Source: Candidatus Micrarchaeota archaeon
Lineage (GTDB): Archaea > Micrarchaeota > Micrarchaeia > Micrarchaeales > Micrarchaeaceae
Assembly (NCBI GenBank): GCA_027345565.1
Contig: DAHWIF010000008.1
Location: 1-64,000 of the forward strand
Reading direction: 5' to 3'
DNA: 64,000 bases
The notes beneath the pieces are model-generated. The model was not told the origin of the DNA and made no database searches. It saw only the letters and a list, made by a program, of their open reading frames with translations. Numbering within the stretch: the first letter of the stretch is position 1; every line of letters begins with the position of its first letter. The position numbers were made by a program, and so were the translations under genes. Positions 17,598 through 27,588 of the stretch are shown piece by piece.

Positions 17598-18803
17598 CTA
17601 CTCATCCCTGCCATCCACGCTCTTGCCTACGTGGAGCCTCACTCCGTTAGCGTCCCTCGTTATCTTGATGTCAAGATTCTTAGAGCCGAACAGCTTCTGC
17701 AGCTCATCGTAGGTGTACGAGCCTGCGTTGCCGAAGCCACCGCCCCTGCCCTGGAGTATCTCGCTCCTCCTCTGCTTTATCTGGTCCCTGTCGGACTCTT
17801 CGTACTCGAGCGAGAGCTTCGGGACCTCCTTCGACTCGAACAGGCTGTCAATGCTCAGGTCTATCAGCTTGTAGCCCGCATCCTGGAATATGAACGGCAG
17901 CACGGCCGTGAACTCGTTGTTGACCTCCTCTATCACCGCCCCGACCTCATCCCCCTTCCCTACAAGGACGAACTCGTCGCTGTTCAGGAAGCCGACGAAT
18001 GTGCCAGGCCCTTTCGTCCTTACGGAATCCTGCAGCAGCTGGGATATCAGTCGGAGTATAACGACGCCGGCGTGCTCGCCGAACCTCCTTGCGTATGCGC
18101 CAAGGCCGCCTATCTTTAGGGTGCCTATCGTATACTGCGCGCCTTCCTTTATCGACCTCTCCACCTCCTTCGATATGCGCTCCTCGTCAGGCAGGTCTAT
18201 GAGCGCATCGAACCTCTTCCCCTTCTTCTTCAGGAATATCGTCACCAGCGTACGGAGCTCGTTTGGGTCGAAAGGCTTCTTTATGTAATAGTCGGCCCCG
18301 TACTTTATGCCCTTGAATCTGTTGCTGGTCGGGTCCATAGCACTTACCAGTATGACGACTATGTTGCTCGTGTTCGGGTCGCTCTTTATCGTCTGGCATA
18401 TGTCCAGGCCGTCCTTGTGCGGCAGCATGAGGTCCAGTATTACCAGCTCTGGCTTCGCAGCCCTTATCGCGCCTACCGCCTCGCCTCCGTCGTATATCTG
18501 GCCTATCTCGAAGCCCTTGCCTATCGAGAGCGCCATCAGCTTGCTTATGTTCTTGTCATCCTCTATTATGAGCACCCTCCTCGGGGAGTCCTCCTGGTTG
18601 AGCACGTAGTACGTGAGCACCCCGCCGCTGCTCCTGGACGCTATCAGCTTCGAATCCTCAAGCTCCTTTAGCGAGCCCTTAAGGTCGGGCTCAGAAACCC
18701 CTCTGCTGAACATCATGTCGCTCAGCTCGTTGTAGGTGAGCTGCTGCTTCTCGTTGACTAACGCCATTACCACTTCCTTTATAGGTACATTGCTTGCAGA
18801 CAT
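17598..18803 (-). CDS. response regulator: wHTH-REC-degenerate GGDEF-like domain
   Basis: LIIEDD, LDLMLPHKDG, SA, KPF receiver motifs; DALIDLP, RFG..AG..IL, FLNSDEF. Confidence 0.85.
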   Translation of the reverse strand: MSASNVPIKEVVMALVNEKQQLTYNELSDMMFSRGVSEPDLKGSLKELEDSKLIASRSSGGVLTYYVLNQEDSPRRVLIIEDDKNISKLMALSIGKGFEIGQIYDGGEAVGAIRAAKPELVILDLMLPHKDGLDICQTIKSDPNTSNIVVILVSAMDPTSNRFKGIKYGADYYIKKPFDPNELRTLVTIFLKKKGKRFDALIDLPDEERISKEVERSIKEGAQYTIGTLKIGGLGAYARRFGEHAGVVILRLISQLLQDSVRTKGPGTFVGFLNSDEFVLVGKGDEVGAVIEEVNNEFTAVLPFIFQDAGYKLIDLSIDSLFESKEVPKLSLEYEESDRDQIKQRRSEILQGRGGGFGNAGSYTYDELQKLFGSKNLDIKITRDANGVRLHVGKSVDGRDE

Positions 18804-18911
18804 CCGATCGCCGATGGGAATATCAACGTAAAGAATATTATGCTTTCCTTGCCGAGCCGGGATGCGGCATTAACCTTTTATAAACATTGGATTGTGATAT
18901 GTATTGATTTG

Positions 18912-19853
18912 ATGGTGCGCAGGCTGCACATCGGCTTGGCGGTAATCGTTGCTGTTGTGATAGCGGTAGCTATCGGCCTGTTCATAACGGTCGGCAGCGG
19001 CGCCATAAGCGTATCCGGCCCTACAACGCTAACTATTTCAAACACGCCTGCAGTGGTGAGGGTCAATGGCGTGCAGTACATAGTGCTGCTCCACGGCTCT
19101 GAACCGGCATCTAACATCGCCTATTTATACATAGGCAGGTCGCCGGTATACATAAACCCGGTCCTGAACGTGACGCTCATCCTCTACAACTCGACTAACG
19201 TGAACGCTGGCATGCACTCATATGCTGACATGCAGATAAAGCTCAACTCGCTGACGAACAGCAGCGCATCCATAACCATAACGCCGCTGCAGTCGTATCT
19301 CGATGAGCAGCCAACCTCCGGCAGGATACGCATAATCAGCCAGCAGGTGGTGTCAGCCTCCAATACCACCACGTCGGTAGCGAGGCAGACGATAGTCTCA
19401 ACCACCACCGTCCAGGCGACCACCCCAGAGCAGCGCATAGTCAACTACCTCAAGAACAATGAGTGGTACGGCCTCATGCAGAATTACACGACCGCTTATG
19501 CGAACACGGCCAATTGCACCCAGACGATATACAACAATGACTATGCAAAGCAGTATGGCAGGCTGCCGTCAGGGCCTACAGCATATGCTAACGTGACGGC
19601 GCAGGCGCCCTACCGCATGTCATTCGCTGTAACTAACGCAGGCAGCGGAAACTACAACGCAACGTGGTCGACGCTTTCGAACTCGTCACTCTCTTCGGGC
19701 CCGGTTCTCATACTTAATGTCAACCTGACTACGGGAAACATACTAAACACCACGATAGAGGGGATATTCAAGGACCTGAGCTACACGTCCCTGCAGGGAT
19801 CCCTTACTCAGGCACAGGCGTTCGGCAACGCGTGCGGCATACTAGTTGCCTGA
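18912..19853 (+). CDS. membrane-anchored secreted protein
   Basis: N-terminal TM helix, many N-x-S/T sites, T-rich linker. Confidence 0.75.
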   Translation: MVRRLHIGLAVIVAVVIAVAIGLFITVGSGAISVSGPTTLTISNTPAVVRVNGVQYIVLLHGSEPASNIAYLYIGRSPVYINPVLNVTLILYNSTNVNAGMHSYADMQIKLNSLTNSSASITITPLQSYLDEQPTSGRIRIISQQVVSASNTTTSVARQTIVSTTTVQATTPEQRIVNYLKNNEWYGLMQNYTTAYANTANCTQTIYNNDYAKQYGRLPSGPTAYANVTAQAPYRMSFAVTNAGSGNYNATWSTLSNSSLSSGPVLILNVNLTTGNILNTTIEGIFKDLSYTSLQGSLTQAQAFGNACGILVA

Positions 19854-22070
19854 CGGCTGCTTCTGCCTTCTAGCTTTCGGCTTTATCCTAAGGGTGAACC
19901 AGAACCTAGTGCCCTTGCCAGGCTGCGATTCGAAGGATATCTCGCCTCCATGAAGCTTGACCAGCTCCTTTGTTATTGATAGCCCAAGCCCGGTGCCGGC
20001 GCCGTCCTGCTTGACGAGGTCCTTCTTCGCCTGCACCTGGTAGAACTTCCTGAAGAGCCTGTGGCGGTCCTCTTCGCTTATGCCTATGCCGGTATCGATG
20101 ACATCGCACTGAACCTTGCCTTTTGTCCTCTTTGATATCTTGACAAGTATGCCGCCGCGCTCAGTAAACTTTATCGAGTTGCCTATCAGGTTCACGAATA
20201 TCTGTATAAGCCGGTTGGGGTCTGCCTTCACTGTCGGCACGTCGTATGCGACGTCCCACTTGAACGAGAGCCCTTTCTCCTCCGCCGATTCCTTAAGGGC
20301 GACTATGCTTGGGTTGTCCTGCATCGAATTCAGGTCTACGTCCTTCAGCTCCAGCCTTATCTTCTGCGCATCCAGCTTAGCAGAATCGAGCACCTGCTGT
20401 ATTATCAGCATAAGCCTATCGGCCTCATCCGATATCGTCTTTATGTACTGTTTCTGGTCGTTGTTTAGCTCTCCGAACTCGCCGCTGTAGAGCAGCTTTG
20501 CGAAACCTTTGATGTTTGTCATTGGCGTCTTGAGCTCGTGCGATATGTTGTATATGAACTGCGATTTCAGCTCCCCGGTAGACCTGAGCTGTTTCATCTC
20601 GCGCTCCATCTTGGACAGCGTCAGCTCCTTGTCATCCAGCCTCCTCTTCGTCAGCAGCTCCCGCACCACTATCACGTATTCGGAGTTGCCGTCCTGGTCG
20701 GTGAGGAACCTTATCGATTGTGTGCCTGGCACGGCTTCGCCATTCTTATTGAGCAGGTCCACGTACGAATTGTCAGGCTTGCCAAGGTTCCTTGCGTATG
20801 CCATATCCCTATCGACTATCGCCTGCTCCCTGTATATGCTGCGTATCTCCTTCCCGACAAGGTCCTCCCTCGCATAGCCGAGGATCGATTCGGTTGCCAG
20901 GTTGCATGAAGTGATGTAGCCCATGCTGTCCACCCTTATGACCATCTCTGCAGCGTTTGCTATGAAGTCGTTGAACCCTTCGCGAAGGTCCTCCACGTAT
21001 TTCTCCGCATCAGACCTCACAAACATTATGGAATACCCTCCTATGGACTTGGCCGCGGAATAATGCATCCTTATCGGATATCCGCTTATTGAGACCATGT
21101 CGGTCCTGCCTACCAGCTCTTTCCTTGCATTACCCTTCAATGACGCCATAAGGTCCTCGCGCCGCTTGTCGCTTATTATGTCTGTGATAGGCTTGCCCAT
21201 CATTATCCTGCGCTCGTAGCCAAGTATCTTCTCGAAATTGTCTGTCGCGTCGACCATATTAAGCAGGGCGTCGGTGAATATTATCATGGCGTCGCCGCTC
21301 TGCACTATCGACTGCATCGCGCCACGCGCCGCAGACACATCGGAGACGTCCTGGAGGGATATGTGGAGCAGCGCATCGCCCGCTTTGCTCACGGCTGCTG
21401 AGTACGCCCTGTCTGTTCCATTCCTCTCAACGGCTATCGTGCTTGTCGCTCCTGCCATTGATGCTAGCTTGCCGTAATCTACACCAAGCACGCTCTTTAT
21501 ATCGGAACCCTGCTGCATCATAAAATCCCCAATGGCCGCCTTGTTGGCCTTCACTATCTTTCCATCCGGCGAAACCAACATCTGCGGGTTGCCACTGTTG
21601 AACACCGCGTCGAAATATTCCGCAAGGCGGCCGCTCCTGCTCCTTTCTGCCTTGTAGGCGAGCGCGAAACCTATGAGCAGGGCGCTTACAGAGATATCTT
21701 GCACGACATCATCGGTGAACATGTTCTCTGTATGAGAGAGGACCTCCAGCATGGAGACGACCCTGCCGTCCGCGAGTATCGGCACGGCAGCATAGCTCCT
21801 GTATCCGCTGCTGCCGTAGCCTGCAAGCTCAGGCGACATCGAGTACTCGCTCAGGTTGTTGTCCACGAACGGTTTCCTCGTAGATATCAGCTGTGTGCAC
21901 ACGGCCGACCCATCAGAAACGCCGTCTATGTCCCTGATCGATACCTTTTCCACGCGATACGATTCCTTCACAAGCTCTGCGAAGTACTTTATCATCTCCT
22001 CCCTGGTCACGCCGCTGCCGGCTAGGGACGCGAGCCCGGCTACGAACCTGTTCGACGGAAGGCCTTCCAT
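19842..22070 (-). CDS. GAF/multi-PAS sensor histidine kinase
   Basis: ISHELKTP H-box, NLIGNSIKFT, DTGIGI, GTGLGL; start taken at MEGLPSN. Confidence 0.93.
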   Translation of the reverse strand: MEGLPSNRFVAGLASLAGSGVTREEMIKYFAELVKESYRVEKVSIRDIDGVSDGSAVCTQLISTRKPFVDNNLSEYSMSPELAGYGSSGYRSYAAVPILADGRVVSMLEVLSHTENMFTDDVVQDISVSALLIGFALAYKAERSRSGRLAEYFDAVFNSGNPQMLVSPDGKIVKANKAAIGDFMMQQGSDIKSVLGVDYGKLASMAGATSTIAVERNGTDRAYSAAVSKAGDALLHISLQDVSDVSAARGAMQSIVQSGDAMIIFTDALLNMVDATDNFEKILGYERRIMMGKPITDIISDKRREDLMASLKGNARKELVGRTDMVSISGYPIRMHYSAAKSIGGYSIMFVRSDAEKYVEDLREGFNDFIANAAEMVIRVDSMGYITSCNLATESILGYAREDLVGKEIRSIYREQAIVDRDMAYARNLGKPDNSYVDLLNKNGEAVPGTQSIRFLTDQDGNSEYVIVVRELLTKRRLDDKELTLSKMEREMKQLRSTGELKSQFIYNISHELKTPMTNIKGFAKLLYSGEFGELNNDQKQYIKTISDEADRLMLIIQQVLDSAKLDAQKIRLELKDVDLNSMQDNPSIVALKESAEEKGLSFKWDVAYDVPTVKADPNRLIQIFVNLIGNSIKFTERGGILVKISKRTKGKVQCDVIDTGIGISEEDRHRLFRKFYQVQAKKDLVKQDGAGTGLGLSITKELVKLHGGEISFESQPGKGTRFWFTLRIKPKARRQKQPSGN

Positions 22071-22175
22071 TCTAATACCAGATTTTGCAGTGAAGGAACT
22101 TTTGGGTATCTCATTAAATCTAAATGCGTGGAAAGTATTTAAACCTAGTTTGGGAGTTTTAGGTGGTGGAAGTGT

Positions 22176-22589
22176 ATGGGCAGGGACAGCGACCCTAAGG
22201 GGGGTAGCCTCCTGAAGAAGGCACAGAGGGACTTCGAGCTCGCCAGGCGAAGGAGGAACGCCAAGGAATTCGTGGCGGCATCGCTCCTCTACAACAGCGC
22301 CATAGAGCGCGTACTGCGCGCGCTTTTCCTCAAGAAGACGCACAGGAGCCCGCCGGAGAGGGCGTCGATAGCATACCTCACGACCATGACAGATCTCCCG
22401 CACGGCATAAGGGAGGAGCTGCTCTCCATAGAGGACGAGATGGCGGACGTGGTCGAGGAGGAGCTTGAGATAGAGCGTGCGGAGGAGGACATGCTGACAG
22501 GCGTTGAGGAGAGCCACGAGTACAACACTGTGCTGAACAAAGGGGCACTGGCTAGAAGGCTGATAAGCTACGCCTACGCAAAGCAATAA
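22176..22589 (+). CDS. HEPN-like domain protein
   Basis: LKKAQRDFELA...ASLLYNSAIERVLRAL resembles a HEPN N-terminus. Confidence 0.6.
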   Translation: MGRDSDPKGGSLLKKAQRDFELARRRRNAKEFVAASLLYNSAIERVLRALFLKKTHRSPPERASIAYLTTMTDLPHGIREELLSIEDEMADVVEEELEIERAEEDMLTGVEESHEYNTVLNKGALARRLISYAYAKQ

Positions 22590-22641
22590 GTAGTTTAACC
22601 GCAAAGCTAGGCTGGCATACCGGCAGGTGTGCAGTGCTTGT

Positions 22642-23298
22642 ATGGCAGCCGAGGAGGTCTTTCCGGGGGTTTACAGGATAGGCAGGTTGCTGGCCACCAG
22701 GAACATCACTCCGGGAAAAAGGGCATACACCGAGGAGCTTGAGATAGAAAACGGTGTAGAGTACAGGATGTGGAACCCGTATAGGAGCAAGCTGGCAGCC
22801 GCGATACTCAACGGGCTCAAGCATTTCGCATTCGGCGAAAAGAGCGGCGTCCTCTACATAGGCGCTGCTACCGGGACAACGGCAAGCCACATAAGCGATA
22901 TAATAAAGAACGGCAGCCTGTACTGCATAGAGCTCTCGGAGAGGAACATGCGCGAGCTGGTGCGGGTATGCGAGGCGCGAGGCAACATGCTGCCGATACT
23001 GGCCGATGCAAGATACCCGGATAGGTACGCCGATGCTGTTGAGCAGTGCGACATAATATACCAGGACGCTTCCGCCAGGGAACAGGCGCAGATGCTCAAG
23101 GCGAACTCCAGATTCCTGAAGCGCGGAGGCATCGCGTATTTCGTAATAAAATCGCAGAGCGTCGACGTCTCGAAGGATCCCAAAGTGGTCTTCAAGAGGG
23201 AGCTCGATCTGCTCAAGGATGAGTTCGACCTATTGCAGAAAGTTGACCTTGAACCCTTTGACAAGCTCCACATGTTCGCGGTGCTGAGGAAGAAGTAG
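22642..23298 (+). CDS. flpA: fibrillarin-like rRNA/tRNA 2'-O-methyltransferase
   Basis: YRMWNPYRSKLAAA, VLYIGAATGTT.SH, IYQD. Confidence 0.95.
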   Translation: MAAEEVFPGVYRIGRLLATRNITPGKRAYTEELEIENGVEYRMWNPYRSKLAAAILNGLKHFAFGEKSGVLYIGAATGTTASHISDIIKNGSLYCIELSERNMRELVRVCEARGNMLPILADARYPDRYADAVEQCDIIYQDASAREQAQMLKANSRFLKRGGIAYFVIKSQSVDVSKDPKVVFKRELDLLKDEFDLLQKVDLEPFDKLHMFAVLRKK

Positions 23299-23352
23299 CC
23301 CTGCAACGCGCACAGAGAAATTGCTAAATAAACCACTCCCTATATCTCATCG

Positions 23353-24174
23353 ATGGGGATCGGTACATACTCTAGCGCTTTGGAACTTGCTGAGAAGAGC
23401 GGCAGGCATACGACTTGCAATTATTGCGGTGCAGATACTCTGATTGTAGGGCGCGCTGGAATATGCAGCTGCTGCGAACTGCCTATCGCATCAGACACGG
23501 CCGCTGTGCACGGCGGCGCTCAGGCTCAGCCAGATATAGCTAAAGTAAAAGAGCTGGTCGAGGCAAACGATTATGATGGCGCAGCGAACGCATACGATGC
23601 ATTGTACAAAGAGAGCAAGGACCCGGCCTACCTTTACGCGGAGGCGCTGCTGCGCATAAGGCAGTCAAACGCCCAGATATCTGGGATAAGGTACGACAGA
23701 AGGGGTTTCATGGAGGAGAACGCTATCATGAGGGACAATGCGGCTAAGTTCGCATCTGCAGCCAGGGGCCTGCTCAACGACGCGATAAGCGCCTGCTCCA
23801 TTTACCTAGATGAGGAGCGGCCGCCGATAAGCGCGCTTTACCTCTCCTTCATATGCCACATAAAGCTCTCGAACCTCAGAGAGGCTTCCGTGCTTGCGGA
23901 AAGGATAAATGGCATCGACGGCTACCTGGGCGCATACTCCAGAATGCTGCTTGAGATCAACCTTTTGGAGCCGGGGCCGGCGCTAAAGGATGCGGAGCTG
24001 CTCCTCAAGCCAGATTCGTTCTCGATCAACGCCCTGTTCTACATAGCCATGGCGCTATTCGACACAAAGCGATACGGCGAGTCAAAAGCAGTGATAGAGA
24101 TGCTGCAGCAGCATATGCAGAACGGGCAGACGATGGCACTAGCTAACGAGATAGATGCCGCTATGCGCGTGTAG
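23353..24174 (+). CDS. Zn-ribbon + TPR-like protein
   Basis: CNYC/CSCC pairs followed by helical repeats. Confidence 0.65.
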   Translation: MGIGTYSSALELAEKSGRHTTCNYCGADTLIVGRAGICSCCELPIASDTAAVHGGAQAQPDIAKVKELVEANDYDGAANAYDALYKESKDPAYLYAEALLRIRQSNAQISGIRYDRRGFMEENAIMRDNAAKFASAARGLLNDAISACSIYLDEERPPISALYLSFICHIKLSNLREASVLAERINGIDGYLGAYSRMLLEINLLEPGPALKDAELLLKPDSFSINALFYIAMALFDTKRYGESKAVIEMLQQHMQNGQTMALANEIDAAMRV

Positions 24175-24248
24175 TGATGGATGGCCAGGACTCTAATAAT
24201 GACGGTGGTTGCCCCATCGAGGCAGTGGGGACTGCGCCCATCGGCTGC

Positions 24249-25955
24249 TCACTTTGATATGAAGATGAACTGCATCCTCTTCTTGTCATCGAGTATGCAG
24301 TAACCGAACCTCTCGAACTGCACTATCTCGTGCTCCTTCAGCCTCTCGGCGTAGCTCTCAACGTATCCTGATATTTTTCTCAGGCTGTCTGGGTTAAACC
24401 TGCCATCATCATTTACTATAGGCATCGGGACCAGCACCGTGCACTCCAGGTAGTTGCCGTCGGATACCCATTGGACTATCCTGCCTCCGGCACTGTTGTC
24501 GCTGGCGGCCTCTATGCTGCTGCCCTTCTTCATCACCTTTACGTCCATGAAGTCCTTCAGCCTTACTCCTGCGCCTGCTTCTATGCTGCTTGAGTCATCC
24601 CTGCTTATGTAGAAACACTCGCCAGTATCGTACTCTCGGAACCCGTAATCTTTTAATGGATGCAGCCTCAGCTTCGCCCTGGACCGCGCCGCTCCATTTA
24701 CAACCATCCTCACAGGGTCTGGCACGAAATAGAGGTGCTTTGCCGCAGTGTCTATCACCTTCTTGTTCTCCGCGAGCAGCGCATCAAGCGGTACTGTGCT
24801 GTCCGTCTTTGTCATGCCGAGCCTGAGCACGAAATTCCTTATCGCTTGCGGCATGATCCCCCTGCGCCTCAGCGCCATAACCGTGAGCAGCCTCGGGTCG
24901 TCCCAGCCCTGGAGCCTTTTCTCGTCTATTAGTTTCCTTATCTCCCTTTTCTGCGTTATGTTGCCCCTTATGTTGAGCCTAGCCTCTAGATGCATGCGTG
25001 GTATGCGCAGCCCAAGCGCAGCGAGTATCGCCCTGCTCTCCTCATCACGCAGCTCGTACTCCTTGCTGCGTATTATATCGGTTATTCCGTTGAGCGAATC
25101 CACTATTGGCGTATTGAAATCGTATGTAGGCCATACCCTGTACTTCTTGCCCGTCCTGTAGTGCGGCGTGTCCACTATCCTCATTATGACCGGGTCGCGC
25201 ATCGCAGTGTTATTCGATGCCATATCGCCTTTGAAGCGCACGGTGGCCTCCCCCTCTGCCACTCTGCCGTCAAGCATGCCCCCGAAGAGCCTCCTGTTCT
25301 CCTCCACGCTCTCCTTCCTATGCTCGCATCCGACGCCTAGGAACCTCCTCTCCTTCATCGTCTCCCTCGAGCAGGTGCATACGTACGCATTCTTAGCATC
25401 GATCAGCTGCTCAGCGTACTTGTACATCTCTGCGATGTGGTCGCTGGCATAGTATGTCCTGTCGAATTTCATGCCTAGCCACTCGTGGTCCTTCATCATC
25501 GAATCCACGTACTCCTGCCTGCACAGCTCCGGATCCGTATCATCGAAATACCTGTAAAACTTTCCATCGTAGATCCTGGATGCCTCCTCGCTAAGGAGCG
25601 CCTGCTTCACATGGCCTATATGCATGTAGCCAGTAGGCGCTGGGGATATCCTTGTCACGACATTGCCTTTTTCTGCGCCATCTATCCTGATGGTCGGCAT
25701 CGCGGTCTTCTCGGCTGTTTCGCGCTCTTTCTGCTCGAACTCGTCCTTGAAGCTGCTGTACTCCCTCTCTATCGCAGCGCGGTCCATGCCGTTTATCTTC
25801 GTGACCTCTTCGGATACAAGCCTCTTCAGGTCCTGGATCTTGACGTTTTTCGAATATGGTATGACCTTGCCGAGTACGCTGCCCTCGCTCGCTTTGCCGT
25901 AATCATGCGCGTTCTTAAGCGCGTACTTGCGTATTGTCGCGCCAATCTCCGCCAT
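24249..25955 (-). CDS. gltX: glutamyl-tRNA synthetase
   Basis: SPAPTGYMHIGH, FDDTDP, WPTYDF, GWDDPRL, QFERFG. Confidence 0.95.
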   Translation of the reverse strand: MAEIGATIRKYALKNAHDYGKASEGSVLGKVIPYSKNVKIQDLKRLVSEEVTKINGMDRAAIEREYSSFKDEFEQKERETAEKTAMPTIRIDGAEKGNVVTRISPAPTGYMHIGHVKQALLSEEASRIYDGKFYRYFDDTDPELCRQEYVDSMMKDHEWLGMKFDRTYYASDHIAEMYKYAEQLIDAKNAYVCTCSRETMKERRFLGVGCEHRKESVEENRRLFGGMLDGRVAEGEATVRFKGDMASNNTAMRDPVIMRIVDTPHYRTGKKYRVWPTYDFNTPIVDSLNGITDIIRSKEYELRDEESRAILAALGLRIPRMHLEARLNIRGNITQKREIRKLIDEKRLQGWDDPRLLTVMALRRRGIMPQAIRNFVLRLGMTKTDSTVPLDALLAENKKVIDTAAKHLYFVPDPVRMVVNGAARSRAKLRLHPLKDYGFREYDTGECFYISRDDSSSIEAGAGVRLKDFMDVKVMKKGSSIEAASDNSAGGRIVQWVSDGNYLECTVLVPMPIVNDDGRFNPDSLRKISGYVESYAERLKEHEIVQFERFGYCILDDKKRMQFIFISK

Positions 25956-26536
25956 CAGGTCACCTGTATGTTGTTGTCATATACGCGGCCATCCTGCAGC
26001 ACCAGAGCCTGCACGTTCACCGGAGTCTTGTAGCCTGTTGGCTTAAGCAGGCTGGACGGCACGGTGAAGTTGGTAATGTTCGTGTAGACGTCTATGGCAG
26101 TGCCGTAGTAGTAGAGCACGAACGCACTCGGTATGCTTATGACCTCGGTCCCGCCCAATGATATAGAGTTTTGGGGAAGAGAGCCGTATAAAGCCTCCTG
26201 TGCGGTATACGAAAGATTCCCGGTAGCGTAGACCAGAAAGCCTCCGGACGTCGGTATGAAATTGGTTATCGTGTTGTTCGCCTCCAGCTTTGAGAGCGTG
26301 CTGTTCAGCGCGTTGCCTGCGCTTTTATTTTCCAGGGTTATCGTGAGGCTGCTGCCGTATCCGGTGACGATGGCATTCACGCTGCCGAACACCGCATACG
26401 TGTTCTGCCTTATCGTAGTGCTGCTCGTAGGCGCCGCCCCGTTGCTGCCGAAAGCCGCATACGATGTCACGAACATTATGCCGACTACCAGCGCGCCGAC
26501 AAACAGCGTGAGCTTCTTCTTCCTCTCCGGCTCCAT
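25955..26536 (-). CDS. membrane-anchored hypothetical protein
   Basis: N-terminal TM helix; overlaps the gltX start. Confidence 0.7.
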   Translation of the reverse strand: MEPERKKKLTLFVGALVVGIMFVTSYAAFGSNGAAPTSSTTIRQNTYAVFGSVNAIVTGYGSSLTITLENKSAGNALNSTLSKLEANNTITNFIPTSGGFLVYATGNLSYTAQEALYGSLPQNSISLGGTEVISIPSAFVLYYYGTAIDVYTNITNFTVPSSLLKPTGYKTPVNVQALVLQDGRVYDNNIQVT

Positions 26537-26605
26537 GCTTACACTTTTAGATTAATCCTTATCTTTTTATACGTATTTAATCAATTATAAGCTATCGGTA
26601 ATATT

Positions 26606-27328
26606 ATGTCTTTCAAAGAAGGCGATTTCCTAGAGGTAGACTACAGCGCATGGGACACGGCAACCAACGAGCTCATCGCCACGACGGACGAGAAACTGGC
26701 GAAGGAGAAGGGCATCTTCAACAAGGACTCGACGTACGGCCCGGCGCTTGTCATCTTAGGGTCCAACAGCGTGATAAAGGGGCTCGATAGGGAGCTTCGC
26801 GGCATGAACCTCAACGAGCTGAAAAAGTTCGCGTTCAAGCCGGAGGACGCGTTCGGCAATAGGCACGAGGAGCTTGTGAGGGTGATGCCGCTATCGGACT
26901 TCAGGGCAAGGGACCTGAACCCGTACCCTGGGATGAGGGTCGAGGTTGAGAACATGGCCGCGACGGTGAAGAGCGTGAACTCCGGTAGAGTGGTGGTCGA
27001 CGCAAATCACCCTTATGCCGGCAGGGACATAACCTACGAAGTCAAGGTAATAAGGAATATCACGGAACCGGCGCAGAGGGCCGAAGCTCTTGGCAGGACA
27101 TATAACGTGAAGCCAAGCTCAGTCTCGATAAAGGGCAAGGAGATGATACTTTCGTATGACAGCAAGACCAGGAAGAATGCGGACTATTTTGTCGGCAAGT
27201 CGAGCTTGGTCGCATCGCTATTCTCGCTGATGAAGGATGTCGAAAAGGTGGAGGTGGTGGAAGATTACGAAAGGGCGGAGATCAGCAAGGAGAGAGAACC
27301 TAAGATGGCAGCGGACGGCAAGGAATGA
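26606..27328 (+). CDS. FKBP-type peptidyl-prolyl isomerase (long archaeal type)
   Basis: IKGLD, PEDAFG, VDANHPYAG. Confidence 0.93.
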   Translation: MSFKEGDFLEVDYSAWDTATNELIATTDEKLAKEKGIFNKDSTYGPALVILGSNSVIKGLDRELRGMNLNELKKFAFKPEDAFGNRHEELVRVMPLSDFRARDLNPYPGMRVEVENMAATVKSVNSGRVVVDANHPYAGRDITYEVKVIRNITEPAQRAEALGRTYNVKPSSVSIKGKEMILSYDSKTRKNADYFVGKSSLVASLFSLMKDVEKVEVVEDYERAEISKEREPKMAADGKE

Positions 27329-27389
27329 TTACTTCTTATACTTGTAGTAGCTCGCTGTTCTCCCATACCCGCAGTATATTTTGACCGCT

Positions 27390-27584
27390 TTAACCCTTTA
27401 TGTCGAGAGCGTATGTGCTGTTGACCTTCAGCCCCATCTTCTTCGCCACTTCGGACTTCTCTGCATTTAGTATGATTATGTAGCCCCCCATCTTGTCCGT
27501 CAGGTCCTTGGATCCGCAGAGCGGGCACGTATCCGTATGCCTTACCACAAGCCTGCAGTTCCTGCATGCCTTTTCCTCAGCCAC
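27390..27584 (-). CDS. spt4: transcription elongation factor Spt4 (RpoE2)
   Basis: KACRNC...CPLCGS, SEVAK..G; follows rpo7. Confidence 0.93.
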   Translation of the reverse strand: MAEEKACRNCRLVVRHTDTCPLCGSKDLTDKMGGYIIILNAEKSEVAKKMGLKVNSTYALDIKG

Positions 27585-27588
27585 AATA

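Noticed and set aside
22071-22604. N-terminal extension of the 920-aa kinase ORF
   Set aside because: Antisense to the HEPN-like gene and crosses a TATA-containing intergenic region; real start is likely 22070
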